NCBI GenBank assembly: GCA_038214755.1
Contig: JBBQRQ010000051.1
Coordinates: forward strand, 1-36,083
Reading direction: 5' to 3'
DNA from: Verrucomicrobiota bacterium
GTDB lineage: Bacteria; Verrucomicrobiota; Verrucomicrobiia; Limisphaerales; CANJXF01
Length of the DNA: 36,083 bases
Every line of letters begins with the position of its first letter. The stretch's first letter is position 1. Under the pieces are notes generated by a model that had not been told where the DNA came from, did not search any database, and saw nothing but the letters and a program-made list of their open reading frames with translations. Below are positions 26,310-34,736 of the stretch, in pieces. A program made the translations under genes and the position numbers.

Positions 26310-26852
26310 TTACGACGTCCTCGCCTTGTGGATCTTTCTGAGTTTCGCGCCGCACAAAATGGCCAGAGCCAACGTGAGCAGCGCAATACTTGACGGCTCC
26401 GGTACGGGATAAATCTGCCCCCGAAGTTCGCCGTTTGGATAATCGGTAGTCCTGATTTCGACATACCAAAGACCGGCCTGCCAATCGGCAATTTGGCTGC
26501 TGGTCAAGTCGAGAATGCCGCCGCCCCAACCCCAATTCTGCCCCCCGTTGAAGCCGTCTGGGTTCACCAAAACACCGGGGCCGAGATCAAATAGCACTGG
26601 CGCGGTAGAAGTGGTATCCGCAGGCCCGTGAATGACCGCACCAATGGGTGGCGTGGGCATTGGCGAGTAAATGCCTATTCCATAATTGAATGTCGTCCCA
26701 TCGAGCCAAAAAATGGCATTACCGCGATAAGGACTGCTATTTGGCGGCACCTCATTTGCGCCTCTTAGGTTTGCTGTGAATTGGAGCATGCCTTGCCCGC
26801 TGGCGTGAGCCACGGCAAGAACGGTGAAAAGCAGAAGAACGATTTTTTTCAT
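26310..26852 (-). CDS. CHRD-domain protein with a PEP-CTERM sorting signal
   Basis: Signal peptide; LRGANEVPPN..S, IHGPA, G.WYVEIRT..YPNGELRGQI; VPEPSS + hydrophobic stretch + basic tail. Confidence 0.9.
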   Translation of the reverse strand: MKKIVLLLFTVLAVAHASGQGMLQFTANLRGANEVPPNSSPYRGNAIFWLDGTTFNYGIGIYSPMPTPPIGAVIHGPADTTSTAPVLFDLGPGVLVNPDGFNGGQNWGWGGGILDLTSSQIADWQAGLWYVEIRTTDYPNGELRGQIYPVPEPSSIALLTLALAILCGAKLRKIHKARTS

Positions 26853-26876
26853 AGGATTTAGATTTAGGTTGAGCGT

Positions 26877-27965
26877 TTATCGGAGAGATTTGTGTTTGCC
26901 GCAATCAGAAGTCGCGGCTTGTTTCACGATGGCACGCGCTTCCGAGGCTGTAATCAGTCCTTCTCGCCTGAAGTGCAGGACAACATTGATGACCCGCTTC
27001 ACGTATTCTGCGTGAGTTTTCCAAGGAGCGTCGCATGGGGAAAGCTGCTCAATGCTGCACCCGCACCCGTCCACAACAGCGCCAGCACTCGTGTTGGGGC
27101 ATTGGTCCAGAAAGTCAGGGACACCGTCCGCGTCAGTGTCGGCGAGAACGATTTGCCCACGAACTTCACCATTCGGGTATGCAGCAGTGTTAATGCTTAC
27201 GTAGAGTTTGCCCGCCAATAAATCAAGGATTTGGAGTTCCGTGAGCGTGACCGATCCGGAGAAAATGTAGCCGGGTGTGGGAAACTGGCAATGGTCGCAG
27301 AAAATCGGATTGAACGTTGGCGTTCCAAGACTAAACAGCGGAGAGCCGATGGAGCCGGGAATGGCTGGCCCGTAACCGAATGATTCTGCTACGGAGCTTA
27401 TGCCTCCAACACCTACGATGAATGAAAAAGAATTGCTCGAGAGTTGGAAGATGCCGTTTCCGATGGCCCTACTCGTGTTAGGCGGCACTTCCTCTGCTCC
27501 GCGCAGCGTTGCGGCCAATGGCACGTTGAGCTCGGGAGTGATTTGGCCACGCAGCGTAACTGTCGGGACACCGAGGTCATAGAACTTTACCTCCACATAC
27601 CAGAGACCGTGGAGAAGCTGACGAAGCTGTACGCGATTAAGAGTAAGGTCTCCAACAAAGGCGCAACCACCCGGGTCTCCAAAATTCGGTACTGAACAGG
27701 TTGGTTGGCCAAGGTCGAAGATAACCGGCGCGTCTCCTCGACAATCAGCAGGGCCGTGAATTCGGGCGCTCCACGACCCGAAAGGCAGACGGACGTAGAA
27801 GTGGAAAGCATCCCCGTTCAATGTGAAGGCTCCTTGCCCCGTCGCGGGGCTGCCGTTCGGCAGTGAATGCCGACCAGTGAGCACTGTGACCAATTGCAGA
27901 TTCGTCTGCGCATTGACACGAGCCAAGGCGCAGACTGCGAACAGAAGAAAGAAAGTTTTTTTCAT
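26877..27965 (-). CDS. Secreted protein with two CHRD domains and a thrombospondin type-3-like Ca-binding repeat
   Basis: Signal peptide; CHRD1 (IHGPA...GLWYVEV...LRGQI), CHRD2 (LRGAEEVPPN...GKLYVSINTAAYPNGEVRGQI), DTDADGVPDFLDQCPNT. Confidence 0.87.
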   Translation of the reverse strand: MKKTFFLLFAVCALARVNAQTNLQLVTVLTGRHSLPNGSPATGQGAFTLNGDAFHFYVRLPFGSWSARIHGPADCRGDAPVIFDLGQPTCSVPNFGDPGGCAFVGDLTLNRVQLRQLLHGLWYVEVKFYDLGVPTVTLRGQITPELNVPLAATLRGAEEVPPNTSRAIGNGIFQLSSNSFSFIVGVGGISSVAESFGYGPAIPGSIGSPLFSLGTPTFNPIFCDHCQFPTPGYIFSGSVTLTELQILDLLAGKLYVSINTAAYPNGEVRGQIVLADTDADGVPDFLDQCPNTSAGAVVDGCGCSIEQLSPCDAPWKTHAEYVKRVINVVLHFRREGLITASEARAIVKQAATSDCGKHKSLR

Positions 27966-28065
27966 GTGAAGAAATTCGACCGAGTTTTTAGCACGCTTTT
28001 TGTTTGTTCCAATTAGGACGTAGCACGCCCTTTATGTCAACTTCAAAATTCGGAGGTACTGTGGC

Positions 28066-28299
28066 GTGGCCAAATCAAAACTGCCGACCGAGCTTAAGGA
28101 ACTGGGCGGCAACATTCGGCGGATTCGCACATCCTTAGGCATGACTCAGGAGCTGTTGGCCGAACTGGTTGAAATCAACGCCCGTAACGTGCGTCGAATA
28201 GAAGCCGGAGAAATCAATCTCCTGATTACCACCGTCGCAAGAATCCGGCGAGCCTTGGGCTGTACTTGGGATGAGCTAGTGCCGCGTAAGTGGAAGTGA
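28066..28299 (+). CDS. XRE-family HTH transcriptional regulator
   Basis: LGGNIRRIR..LGMTQELLAELVEI..RNVRRIEAGEIN; GGAGG upstream of GTG. Confidence 0.88.
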   Translation: MAKSKLPTELKELGGNIRRIRTSLGMTQELLAELVEINARNVRRIEAGEINLLITTVARIRRALGCTWDELVPRKWK

Positions 28300-28326
28300 C
28301 AATGAGGCGAGCCGACACCAACTGAT

Positions 28327-28539
28327 TTGGCTAAGTTGCAAAAAACGTTTGGGGCAAATGTCCGGCGGGAACGCAACCTCGAAGAAGTAACACAAGAGCG
28401 CCTTGCTGAGTTGGCCGACTTGAGCCTTCGCAACATTCAACGAATCGAAGCAGGGGAAATCAACGTGCTAATGACAAGGGTGGTTCGCATCCGTAAGGCA
28501 CTCGGCTGTTCGGCGGACAAACTACTGCCTCGGGGATGA
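28327..28539 (+). CDS. XRE-family HTH regulator, paralogue of the upstream gene
   Basis: FGANVRRER...VTQERLAELADLSLRNIQRIEAGEIN..RIRKALGC. TTG start uncertain. Confidence 0.8.
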   Translation: MAKLQKTFGANVRRERNLEEVTQERLAELADLSLRNIQRIEAGEINVLMTRVVRIRKALGCSADKLLPRG

Positions 28540-28679
28540 CGGCGGCAGCAAGCACTGGTTGCAGATTGATTTTTTCTTCGCCTTGCCCGCGCTCGATTTT
28601 TGGCGACAATCCGCCTGCAATGAAATTAAAGAAAGTGACTCAATCAAACTCCGCTTGCGGTAAGAGAGTTCAAACTGTA

Positions 28680-28782
28680 CCACTACCTGTCCCTTCGGAA
28701 GCTTGACCAACAACCGAATTGTCGCCGAGGCAAACCGCTTCGTCCGATCAGGAAACTCAATTGAAAATCGGCCCTGGTTCAT
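28680..28782 (-). pseudogene. Truncated four-helix-bundle (23S rRNA IVP-like) gene remnant
   Basis: MNQGRFSIEFPDRTKRFASATIRLLVKLPK resembles the family N-terminus, but the expected QLLRSGTS segment is missing. Preceded by a heptamer run, as is common for this family. Confidence 0.5.
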
Positions 28783-28820
28783 TTCTGCTTTCCCAATTTC
28801 GACTTTCAACTTTCAGCTTT
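28782..28820. repeat. Heptamer run (TTTCNRC)
   Basis: tttctgc-tttccca-a-tttcgac-tttcaac-tttcagc-ttt between the amidohydrolase stop and the four-helix-bundle remnant. Confidence 0.65.
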
Positions 28821-31800
28821 AATCATCTTCACAGTGCCTTTCCTCATGGTCATGCAAATGTTCCCGGGCGCGTTGGAAAAATTTCTTTTTGCCAGCGTCG
28901 TCCGGTTTGGCTGAATCGCCGCCAGCTTTCAAAAGCTTCTTCGCCTTTTCAATCAGCGCGGTTCGTTCCTTTTCCAACGCGGCGACCCGTTCCGTTTCGA
29001 GCGAGCGATCAAAATATTGCTTCCCATCGATCCACGTTTGCAAACAGACGGTGGTCGAATCGAGCGGTGACTTCGACCAGATAACGAAGTCCGCATCTTT
29101 GCCGACTTCGAGCGAGCCGACGCGTTTATCGATGTGCAGTTGTTTCGCCGGATTGATCGTCACGAATTTCAAGGCGTCGATTTCCGACGTGCCGCCGAAC
29201 TTCACCGCTTTGGCGGCCTCGGTGTAAAGTCGCCGCGCCAGATCGGCAGAATCAGAATTGAATGAAACATTCACGCCGCGTTCGCGCATCAAACTGCCGT
29301 TGAAGGGAATCGCGTCATACACTTCAAATTTGTAAGCCCACCAATCGGCGAACGTCGATCCGCCCGCGCCATGCGCTGCGATTTCGTCGGCGATTTTGTA
29401 ACCTTCGAGCACGTGTTGAAACGTCCCGATCTTCACGCCGAAACTCTCCATCAACCGAATCATCATCAGAATTTCGTCCTGGCGATAGGAGTGGCAATGG
29501 ATCAACCGCTCGCCCCGAATAATTTCGCCGATGGCTTCGAGTTCCAGATCGCGCCGCGGTGGTAGTGGGGCAGGCTTCGAGCCTGCCTCTTTCGTGGCCG
29601 CCTTCGCGCGTCCGTCTGGCAGGCTGGCAGCCTGCCCCACTTTGTAATCTGCCCACTCCTTCGCGTATTGCTGCGCTGCGGTGAAACGATTCGCGATGAA
29701 AGTTCTCACTCCCATGCGGGTTTGCGGAAAACGTGTTCTGTATTTGTCGCCCCAGTTGGATTGCTTGACGTTTTCGCCGAGCGCAAATTTAATTCCCTCG
29801 GGCGCTCCGGCCAATTTCAACTCTTCCGGCGCCGCGCCATCACGAAGTTTGATCACGCAATTTTGTCCGCCGATGGGATTGGCCGAGCCGTGCAGCAAAT
29901 TCGCCACGGTCAATCCGCCCGCGAGTTCTTCGTGAAGGTTGTCGGTCTCGGAATTCACCACGTCGCCAATGCGCACCATCGCAGTCGAAGGCAAACTGGA
30001 TTCGTTGACCGCGCCGAGAATCGCGCTGTGACTATGGCAATCAATCAGCCCGGGCGTGACATGCTGGCCTTGCGCCTCGATGACATAGGTATTTGGACCC
30101 GGTTCCACTTTTGCGCCGAGGGAGGAAATTTTCCCATCAGCGATGAGCAACGTGGCATTGGTTAAAATGCCTTGCGGCCCGGAAGTCCAAATCGTGGCAT
30201 TGCGAATGAGCAAACCGGGCGCATTCGTAATCGGGCCTCGACCTTCTTGTGGACTGCGCGCGACCCGTTTCAACGGCAGAGTTTTCGGTTCGACGCTCGT
30301 CTTTTCTTTTTTGTCTTCTGACTTCTCCGCAATTTTTTGGTCAGGCGCATTTGTCGCGGCAATTTTTTCTTCCGGCTTTTTCTTTTCGGGCGCGTCTTCC
30401 GCAGGCTTCACCAACTCAATCGGTTTCTTTGAGTCAGGCATTGCGTTCGTTGTCGCAAGTTGCTGGCGGGAAATGCGGCCATCGATCCACACCTCGCGCA
30501 CTTTTGATTCGGGTTGAAAATAATTTCCCCTAACAATCGTGAGATTCGCCAACTTGCCGGCTTCAATCGTGCCGAGCCATTTTTCCACACCACAGATTTT
30601 CGCGGGAACCGTCGTCAAAGCGGCGAGCGCATCTTCTTCGGAAAGCCCGCGCTCGATTGCGCCTTTGAGATTTTTGCGAAAATTCTTTTTATCGCTGAGG
30701 CCGTCGGTGGTGAGCGCGACTTCGAGTTTTTGCTGGCGCAGCAGTGCGGGATTTTCCGGCGCCCAATCCCACGCGCGCAATTGGTCGAGCGAAATATCAT
30801 TCCAATCATCGTCGGTCGGCATCTTGGAAACTTCAGGAAAATTCAGCCGCACGATAAAGGGCGCGTTCGCCGCCTTCGCCAATTCGGGGCGACGCCATTC
30901 TTCGCCGGAGGAGACGAGACAGAAATCGAGTTTCAATTCCTTCGCCATTCGTGTCGCGCGATCGACCATCAACGCGCTGTTTGGCTCGAACAACACGCGC
31001 ATTTTTCCTTCGCTCGCCGCGAGCAACGCTTCCAGTGCGGGATTGAACTCGGGTCGCCGACGATTTTGATTTTTTTGGAAATCCGCGTTGTCGCGCGCGT
31101 AATGTTCTGCGTCAAAAAAAGTTTGGCGAATCGCGGCGATCACGCCCATCAACGATTCGGGATAGGCATCTTCTTTGCCGCCGCCTTCCGTCTCCATCGC
31201 GATATGCTGGAAAATATCCGGCTTGATCAACGCGCGATTCGGATCTGTGTCTGACAACGCGACGAACGCCGTTGTGCCGCGAAAAATCCCTTTTTCCGAT
31301 ACGACATTGGCCGTGGTAAAACCCAATTCGCGCATTTTTTCCAGCAGCTTCGGGTCGGGCGAATAAGTTCTGGCCGCGCGACGTTCGGGGGTAATCTGCG
31401 CGATGGCCTCACCCGCGCCGGGATTTCCGGGATCGGTTTCCGAGCCGCGCACGCCGAAAAATTTTCCCGCTGTCAAAAAATCTTTCGTCTCGCCGGGAGG
31501 GGCCGCGGCTTTCCCGCCAACGCTGAAATATGGATCAATAAATCCGGCGTAAACCGTCAAACCTTTCATCTCCCAAATGCGCGCGTCGGCGGGAGGCTGA
31601 ATATTTTTTCCAACCGCTTCAATAAAACCATCTCGAATAATAATCGTGGCGGGGTCGAGAATTTCATTCGGCCTCACAAAAACTTTCGCGCCCACGAGCG
31701 CATGAACGCCGAGGGGCAGGGGACGATTTCCCGGCGGCAGCAATTCGACGGCGGACAGCGTGAACGTTGAAAGAAGTAGAAAAACGAAAATACGCTTTAA

Positions 31801-31821
31801 AAAATTTCGGGCGATGTTCAT
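28819..31821 (-). CDS. Secreted double-domain amidohydrolase family protein
   Basis: Signal peptide from ATG 31821. Domain 1 (YAGFIDPY, GTIEAGKLANL) lacks HxH; Lys/Glu-rich linker; domain 2 has PGLIDCHSH, HCHSY, FQHVLEG, FNSDS, GSLEVGKDADFVIW. Confidence 0.9.
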   Translation of the reverse strand: MNIARNFLKRIFVFLLLSTFTLSAVELLPPGNRPLPLGVHALVGAKVFVRPNEILDPATIIIRDGFIEAVGKNIQPPADARIWEMKGLTVYAGFIDPYFSVGGKAAAPPGETKDFLTAGKFFGVRGSETDPGNPGAGEAIAQITPERRAARTYSPDPKLLEKMRELGFTTANVVSEKGIFRGTTAFVALSDTDPNRALIKPDIFQHIAMETEGGGKEDAYPESLMGVIAAIRQTFFDAEHYARDNADFQKNQNRRRPEFNPALEALLAASEGKMRVLFEPNSALMVDRATRMAKELKLDFCLVSSGEEWRRPELAKAANAPFIVRLNFPEVSKMPTDDDWNDISLDQLRAWDWAPENPALLRQQKLEVALTTDGLSDKKNFRKNLKGAIERGLSEEDALAALTTVPAKICGVEKWLGTIEAGKLANLTIVRGNYFQPESKVREVWIDGRISRQQLATTNAMPDSKKPIELVKPAEDAPEKKKPEEKIAATNAPDQKIAEKSEDKKEKTSVEPKTLPLKRVARSPQEGRGPITNAPGLLIRNATIWTSGPQGILTNATLLIADGKISSLGAKVEPGPNTYVIEAQGQHVTPGLIDCHSHSAILGAVNESSLPSTAMVRIGDVVNSETDNLHEELAGGLTVANLLHGSANPIGGQNCVIKLRDGAAPEELKLAGAPEGIKFALGENVKQSNWGDKYRTRFPQTRMGVRTFIANRFTAAQQYAKEWADYKVGQAASLPDGRAKAATKEAGSKPAPLPPRRDLELEAIGEIIRGERLIHCHSYRQDEILMMIRLMESFGVKIGTFQHVLEGYKIADEIAAHGAGGSTFADWWAYKFEVYDAIPFNGSLMRERGVNVSFNSDSADLARRLYTEAAKAVKFGGTSEIDALKFVTINPAKQLHIDKRVGSLEVGKDADFVIWSKSPLDSTTVCLQTWIDGKQYFDRSLETERVAALEKERTALIEKAKKLLKAGGDSAKPDDAGKKKFFQRAREHLHDHEERHCEDD
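29564..29641. repeat. REPIN-like palindrome embedded in-frame in the amidohydrolase CDS
   Basis: agtggggcaggcttcgagcctgcc (29564-29587) and ggcaggctggcagcctgccccact (29618-29641). 78 bp, read as VGQAASLPDGRAKAATKEAGSKPAPL. Confidence 0.8.
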
Positions 31822-31953
31822 TGCGTCGCCGACTTTGTAGAGAAACTTTCCCAAATTCAAGTGGTATGAGCAGGCCGCGAGCACCGTGAGGATTTCATTT
31901 CGTATTGGAGGAGCAACCGCGACGAATTCAAGAACCCCGGAGGTTGCGCCGAA

Positions 31954-32334
31954 TCAACCAAGCTTCCAAACCAAAACCGCCGCGTCGCGCAGCTTGTGCT
32001 TCACAGGTTTTGACTTCCGACCTCGGACCAGTGCATGTGCTGGATTGGCTGGTTGGTCGCTTTGTGGAGGTGAAGGATCGTGGACAACGGTTTGTTCCAG
32101 CGTCCGGCAAAATCCAGCGACCAACGAGACAACTGCGACCGTATTGCCGGTCGTATCCCGCGTCCCGGTTTCTTGCGCTGTAGCATATTCTTGCCAATTC
32201 ACAGACATTTCGAAGCCATCGAATGCCGCCGACGACACGACGCCCGACTCCGCGTTAATCCAAAAATGCTTGTGAATGCGCCGAAAAAGAACTGCCGAGT
32301 CGGGAATCGGCTCGGTCACTAAATGATTGGCCAT
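31954..32334 (-). CDS. Small protein with an ADP-ribosyltransferase/RES-like motif layout; candidate toxin
   Basis: 126 aa with LFRRI, SSAAF, MSVN and NPAHALV, an Arg-Ser-His strand pattern. Overlaps the upstream gene by 16 bp. The fold is inferred. Confidence 0.6.
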   Translation of the reverse strand: MANHLVTEPIPDSAVLFRRIHKHFWINAESGVVSSAAFDGFEMSVNWQEYATAQETGTRDTTGNTVAVVSLVAGFCRTLEQTVVHDPSPPQSDQPANPAHALVRGRKSKPVKHKLRDAAVLVWKLG

Positions 32335-32975
32335 AGCAATTCCAACCCAGTGAACCAGCGATATGCAGCCAGAAGTTTTTCGACATCCAACCCCGCTGTA
32401 TCCGCTTCGTGATATGTCCGCTCTCCCCGCGACTGTGTTTCACTGCCAACGATTGACCATCCGTATGCCGTGGCCTCGAATTCCAAGGCGCGATGCTCGC
32501 CGTGCCACTCCAATTGTAGGAAACCACTTATCGTTGGCACTACGAACGGATCTTCGAATTTAGGCAACGCCCCTTGAAGAAACAAAACCAAGCCGACAGC
32601 ATGAGCGATCACTTCAGGCTGTGGTGCTGTTGCCTTTTCGTCATCCCACCCGGCCTGCAACGATGATATTTCCGTAAAACGCTCCGCTAGTTTTCGAGAG
32701 AAGGGGAAAGACCTGGAGATACTCATAGAACGCAACGCTTCCGCGAACCCTAGCACCGGGGAAAAGGAAGTCTGATCAGGAATCGACTGCTGCACATGAG
32801 TGATTGAAAAAGGATCAAAACCAAACGGACCAGATTGAAATCTTTGGCGCGAAAATGCCGGAAAGTCAGCACTTTTCCTCCAATCCGTGGGCGACGAACC
32901 CGGCTGGAAGTTGCGGGCCTCAAATGGGTTTTCTTCGAAACCCTGCTTTCGGGCTATAAGCGTTGCAGTTCTCAT
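32319..32975 (-). CDS. Hypothetical protein with an L..GWD...A..P domain; candidate antitoxin/partner
   Basis: 218 aa. Disordered-looking N-terminal half, then ISSLQAGWDDEKATAP...PFVVPTISGFLQLEW...LEFE. Starts 4 bp after the upstream stop. Confidence 0.65.
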   Translation of the reverse strand: MRTATLIARKQGFEENPFEARNFQPGSSPTDWRKSADFPAFSRQRFQSGPFGFDPFSITHVQQSIPDQTSFSPVLGFAEALRSMSISRSFPFSRKLAERFTEISSLQAGWDDEKATAPQPEVIAHAVGLVLFLQGALPKFEDPFVVPTISGFLQLEWHGEHRALEFEATAYGWSIVGSETQSRGERTYHEADTAGLDVEKLLAAYRWFTGLELLWPII

Positions 32976-32979
32976 AGGC

Positions 32980-33627
32980 TTATGATTTTAGGAATTCGAG
33001 TCCCAATTGAAATGACAGTTGTCTGAATGTGGTTTCTGCTTCCGCAAAAATTTCTTTGTTGGGCGACTGAGGAAACTGTATCGACCAATTAAGAAAAACC
33101 GCATCAGGGAGCATGACGGAACGATCTACTAAAAACCTTCCCTCACCGAATGAACCGCTGGCAGGAAAATTAAGAATAGATCCCACCACAGGAAGATTTC
33201 GATCAGTTGGCCCAAGACTCGCAAGAAAACTGTCTCGCTCAGCACCGGAAGGCAATGAGGCATGAACAAATGCTTCAAGCCGGTGTTCGCGCGTGCGCCT
33301 TTCTGAAACCATTTCGCTGAAACCTAAAAGACAATCAGAAATAACGTTCGCATCAGCGCTGTCTTTTGCGTTTTGAAATGATGCGTAACCACCCTCCGAG
33401 GCGAGCCGGAACGATCCATTTCGATGGAATAGTGCAAAGGTCAAGTCGTAGTCGAAAAGTTTGTCCCCTTCGCGCTGAACAATCTCTATTGGCCGCAGGC
33501 CGTAACCGCCAAAGCGAACCAGAATTTTCTTGGCAATCACTGGCAGGGCGGCTTCGGGAAACGGAACAGCTTCAGCAAACCAACTTGTCAGCGAAACTGA
33601 GTATAATTTAGCGGTAGCGGCATACAT
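32980..33627 (-). CDS. Hypothetical alpha/beta protein, first gene of a three-gene module
   Basis: 215-aa ORF, no signal peptide, apparently two similar strand-helix halves; AT-rich upstream region. Confidence 0.65.
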   Translation of the reverse strand: MYAATAKLYSVSLTSWFAEAVPFPEAALPVIAKKILVRFGGYGLRPIEIVQREGDKLFDYDLTFALFHRNGSFRLASEGGYASFQNAKDSADANVISDCLLGFSEMVSERRTREHRLEAFVHASLPSGAERDSFLASLGPTDRNLPVVGSILNFPASGSFGEGRFLVDRSVMLPDAVFLNWSIQFPQSPNKEIFAEAETTFRQLSFQLGLEFLKS

Positions 33628-33747
33628 CTGTTCTTGTTGGATACTACCCCAACCTGTTCAGTTCAATGGAATATCTTTTTTCTTGTCAAAACAAACGATT
33701 TTAAACGCAAAGAAGTGAGATTGTTCCCAAATAAACCAACCTTACCT

Positions 33748-34494
33748 CTATTTCTTCGCAAAAATTCTGTTTGCCTCTTCCAGCGATTCTTTCGAGCCGA
33801 TGTCGAACCAAAGGCCGGGTATGACCCAGGTGTAAACTGGAACTTTTTTGTAGAGCCATTGCACCAGACGGCCGGGCTGGTCGGGATTATTGCCTTCGGC
33901 AATATATTGCTTGATCAGTGGCAGCGTGGATTTCGGATAATAATAAAGCGCAATGCCAGTGAGAGTGCTGGTTGGCTGTTTCGGTTTCTCCTCGAAGAAA
34001 GTAATTTTCCCTTCGGCATCCATCGAAATGGAATTGTATTTTTTAATCTCTTCGAGACTGCCGACATCATAAACGCCGGTCACCGGGGCATTTTTTTTCC
34101 GGCAAAATTTTCCAAACTCTTCGACGCTTTGGCTGAACAAATTATCTCCGGCCACGACGAGCAAATCATCATCGACGCCTTCTTTGGTGATGACCAAATG
34201 CAAATCGCCAATCGCGCCCAGCTTGTTCGTGTCATCGGTCGAGCCGTCATTGACGATGGTGAAATCGAGTTTGGATTTTGTGGCGCGATAGTTGTCCGCC
34301 CATTTTTGAAAATGACCCGCGAACTTGGCATTGGTCACGACATAGACACGGTCGATGCCGCCGATGGGCGCGATGTTATCGAGCACATATTCGATCATCG
34401 GTTTGCCCGCCACCGGCAAAAGCGGCTTGGGTTGATTTTCCGTGAGCGGATAAAGACGAGTGGCGTAACCTGCGGCGAGAATCAAAACTTTCAT
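33748..34494 (-). CDS. Sugar-phosphate nucleotidyltransferase (NTP_transferase family)
   Basis: LILAAGYATRLYPLT...PKPLLPVAGKP, LVVAGDNLF, FEEKP, WFDIG. Confidence 0.92.
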   Translation of the reverse strand: MKVLILAAGYATRLYPLTENQPKPLLPVAGKPMIEYVLDNIAPIGGIDRVYVVTNAKFAGHFQKWADNYRATKSKLDFTIVNDGSTDDTNKLGAIGDLHLVITKEGVDDDLLVVAGDNLFSQSVEEFGKFCRKKNAPVTGVYDVGSLEEIKKYNSISMDAEGKITFFEEKPKQPTSTLTGIALYYYPKSTLPLIKQYIAEGNNPDQPGRLVQWLYKKVPVYTWVIPGLWFDIGSKESLEEANRIFAKK

Positions 34495-34532
34495 AAAATT
34501 TTTATTGGAATTAAACGGGACAATTCATTGAA

Positions 34533-34731
34533 ACCACCGATGGACACGCAAGTTTCGCGGGGTAGCATCTGCCTCCGGCGGGTGCGAAAAGACTCTCTTC
34601 GACGGGTTCGATGTTTGAAAACTGCCAACTTCGAACACTGAACATCCAACATCGAAATAAGAAATCTTTTCGCACCCGCCGGAGGCAGATGCTACCCGGC
34701 GAATCTGGGTTCATGCGTGTCCATCTGTGGT
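34533..34731. repeat. ~200-bp nested inverted repeat with a heptamer core
   Basis: Outer arms accaccgatggacacgca (34533-34550) / tgcgtgtccatctgtggt (34714-34731). Perfect 33-bp inner arms at 34560-34592 / 34665-34697 begin GGGTAG. Centre aacttcg-aacactg-aacatcc-aacatcg. Confidence 0.85.
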
Positions 34732-34736
34732 GTTGC

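Noticed and set aside
26275..26535. 87-aa N-terminal extension of the 883-aa ORF
   Set aside because: It overlaps the CHRD/PEP-CTERM gene in another frame. A clear RBS and signal peptide start at 26274.
33634..34641. 335-aa plus-strand ORF, and similar long antisense ORFs within recN, the giant gene, the amidohydrolase and ptsI
   Set aside because: Antisense shadows of well-supported genes in GC-rich DNA, with no motifs of their own.
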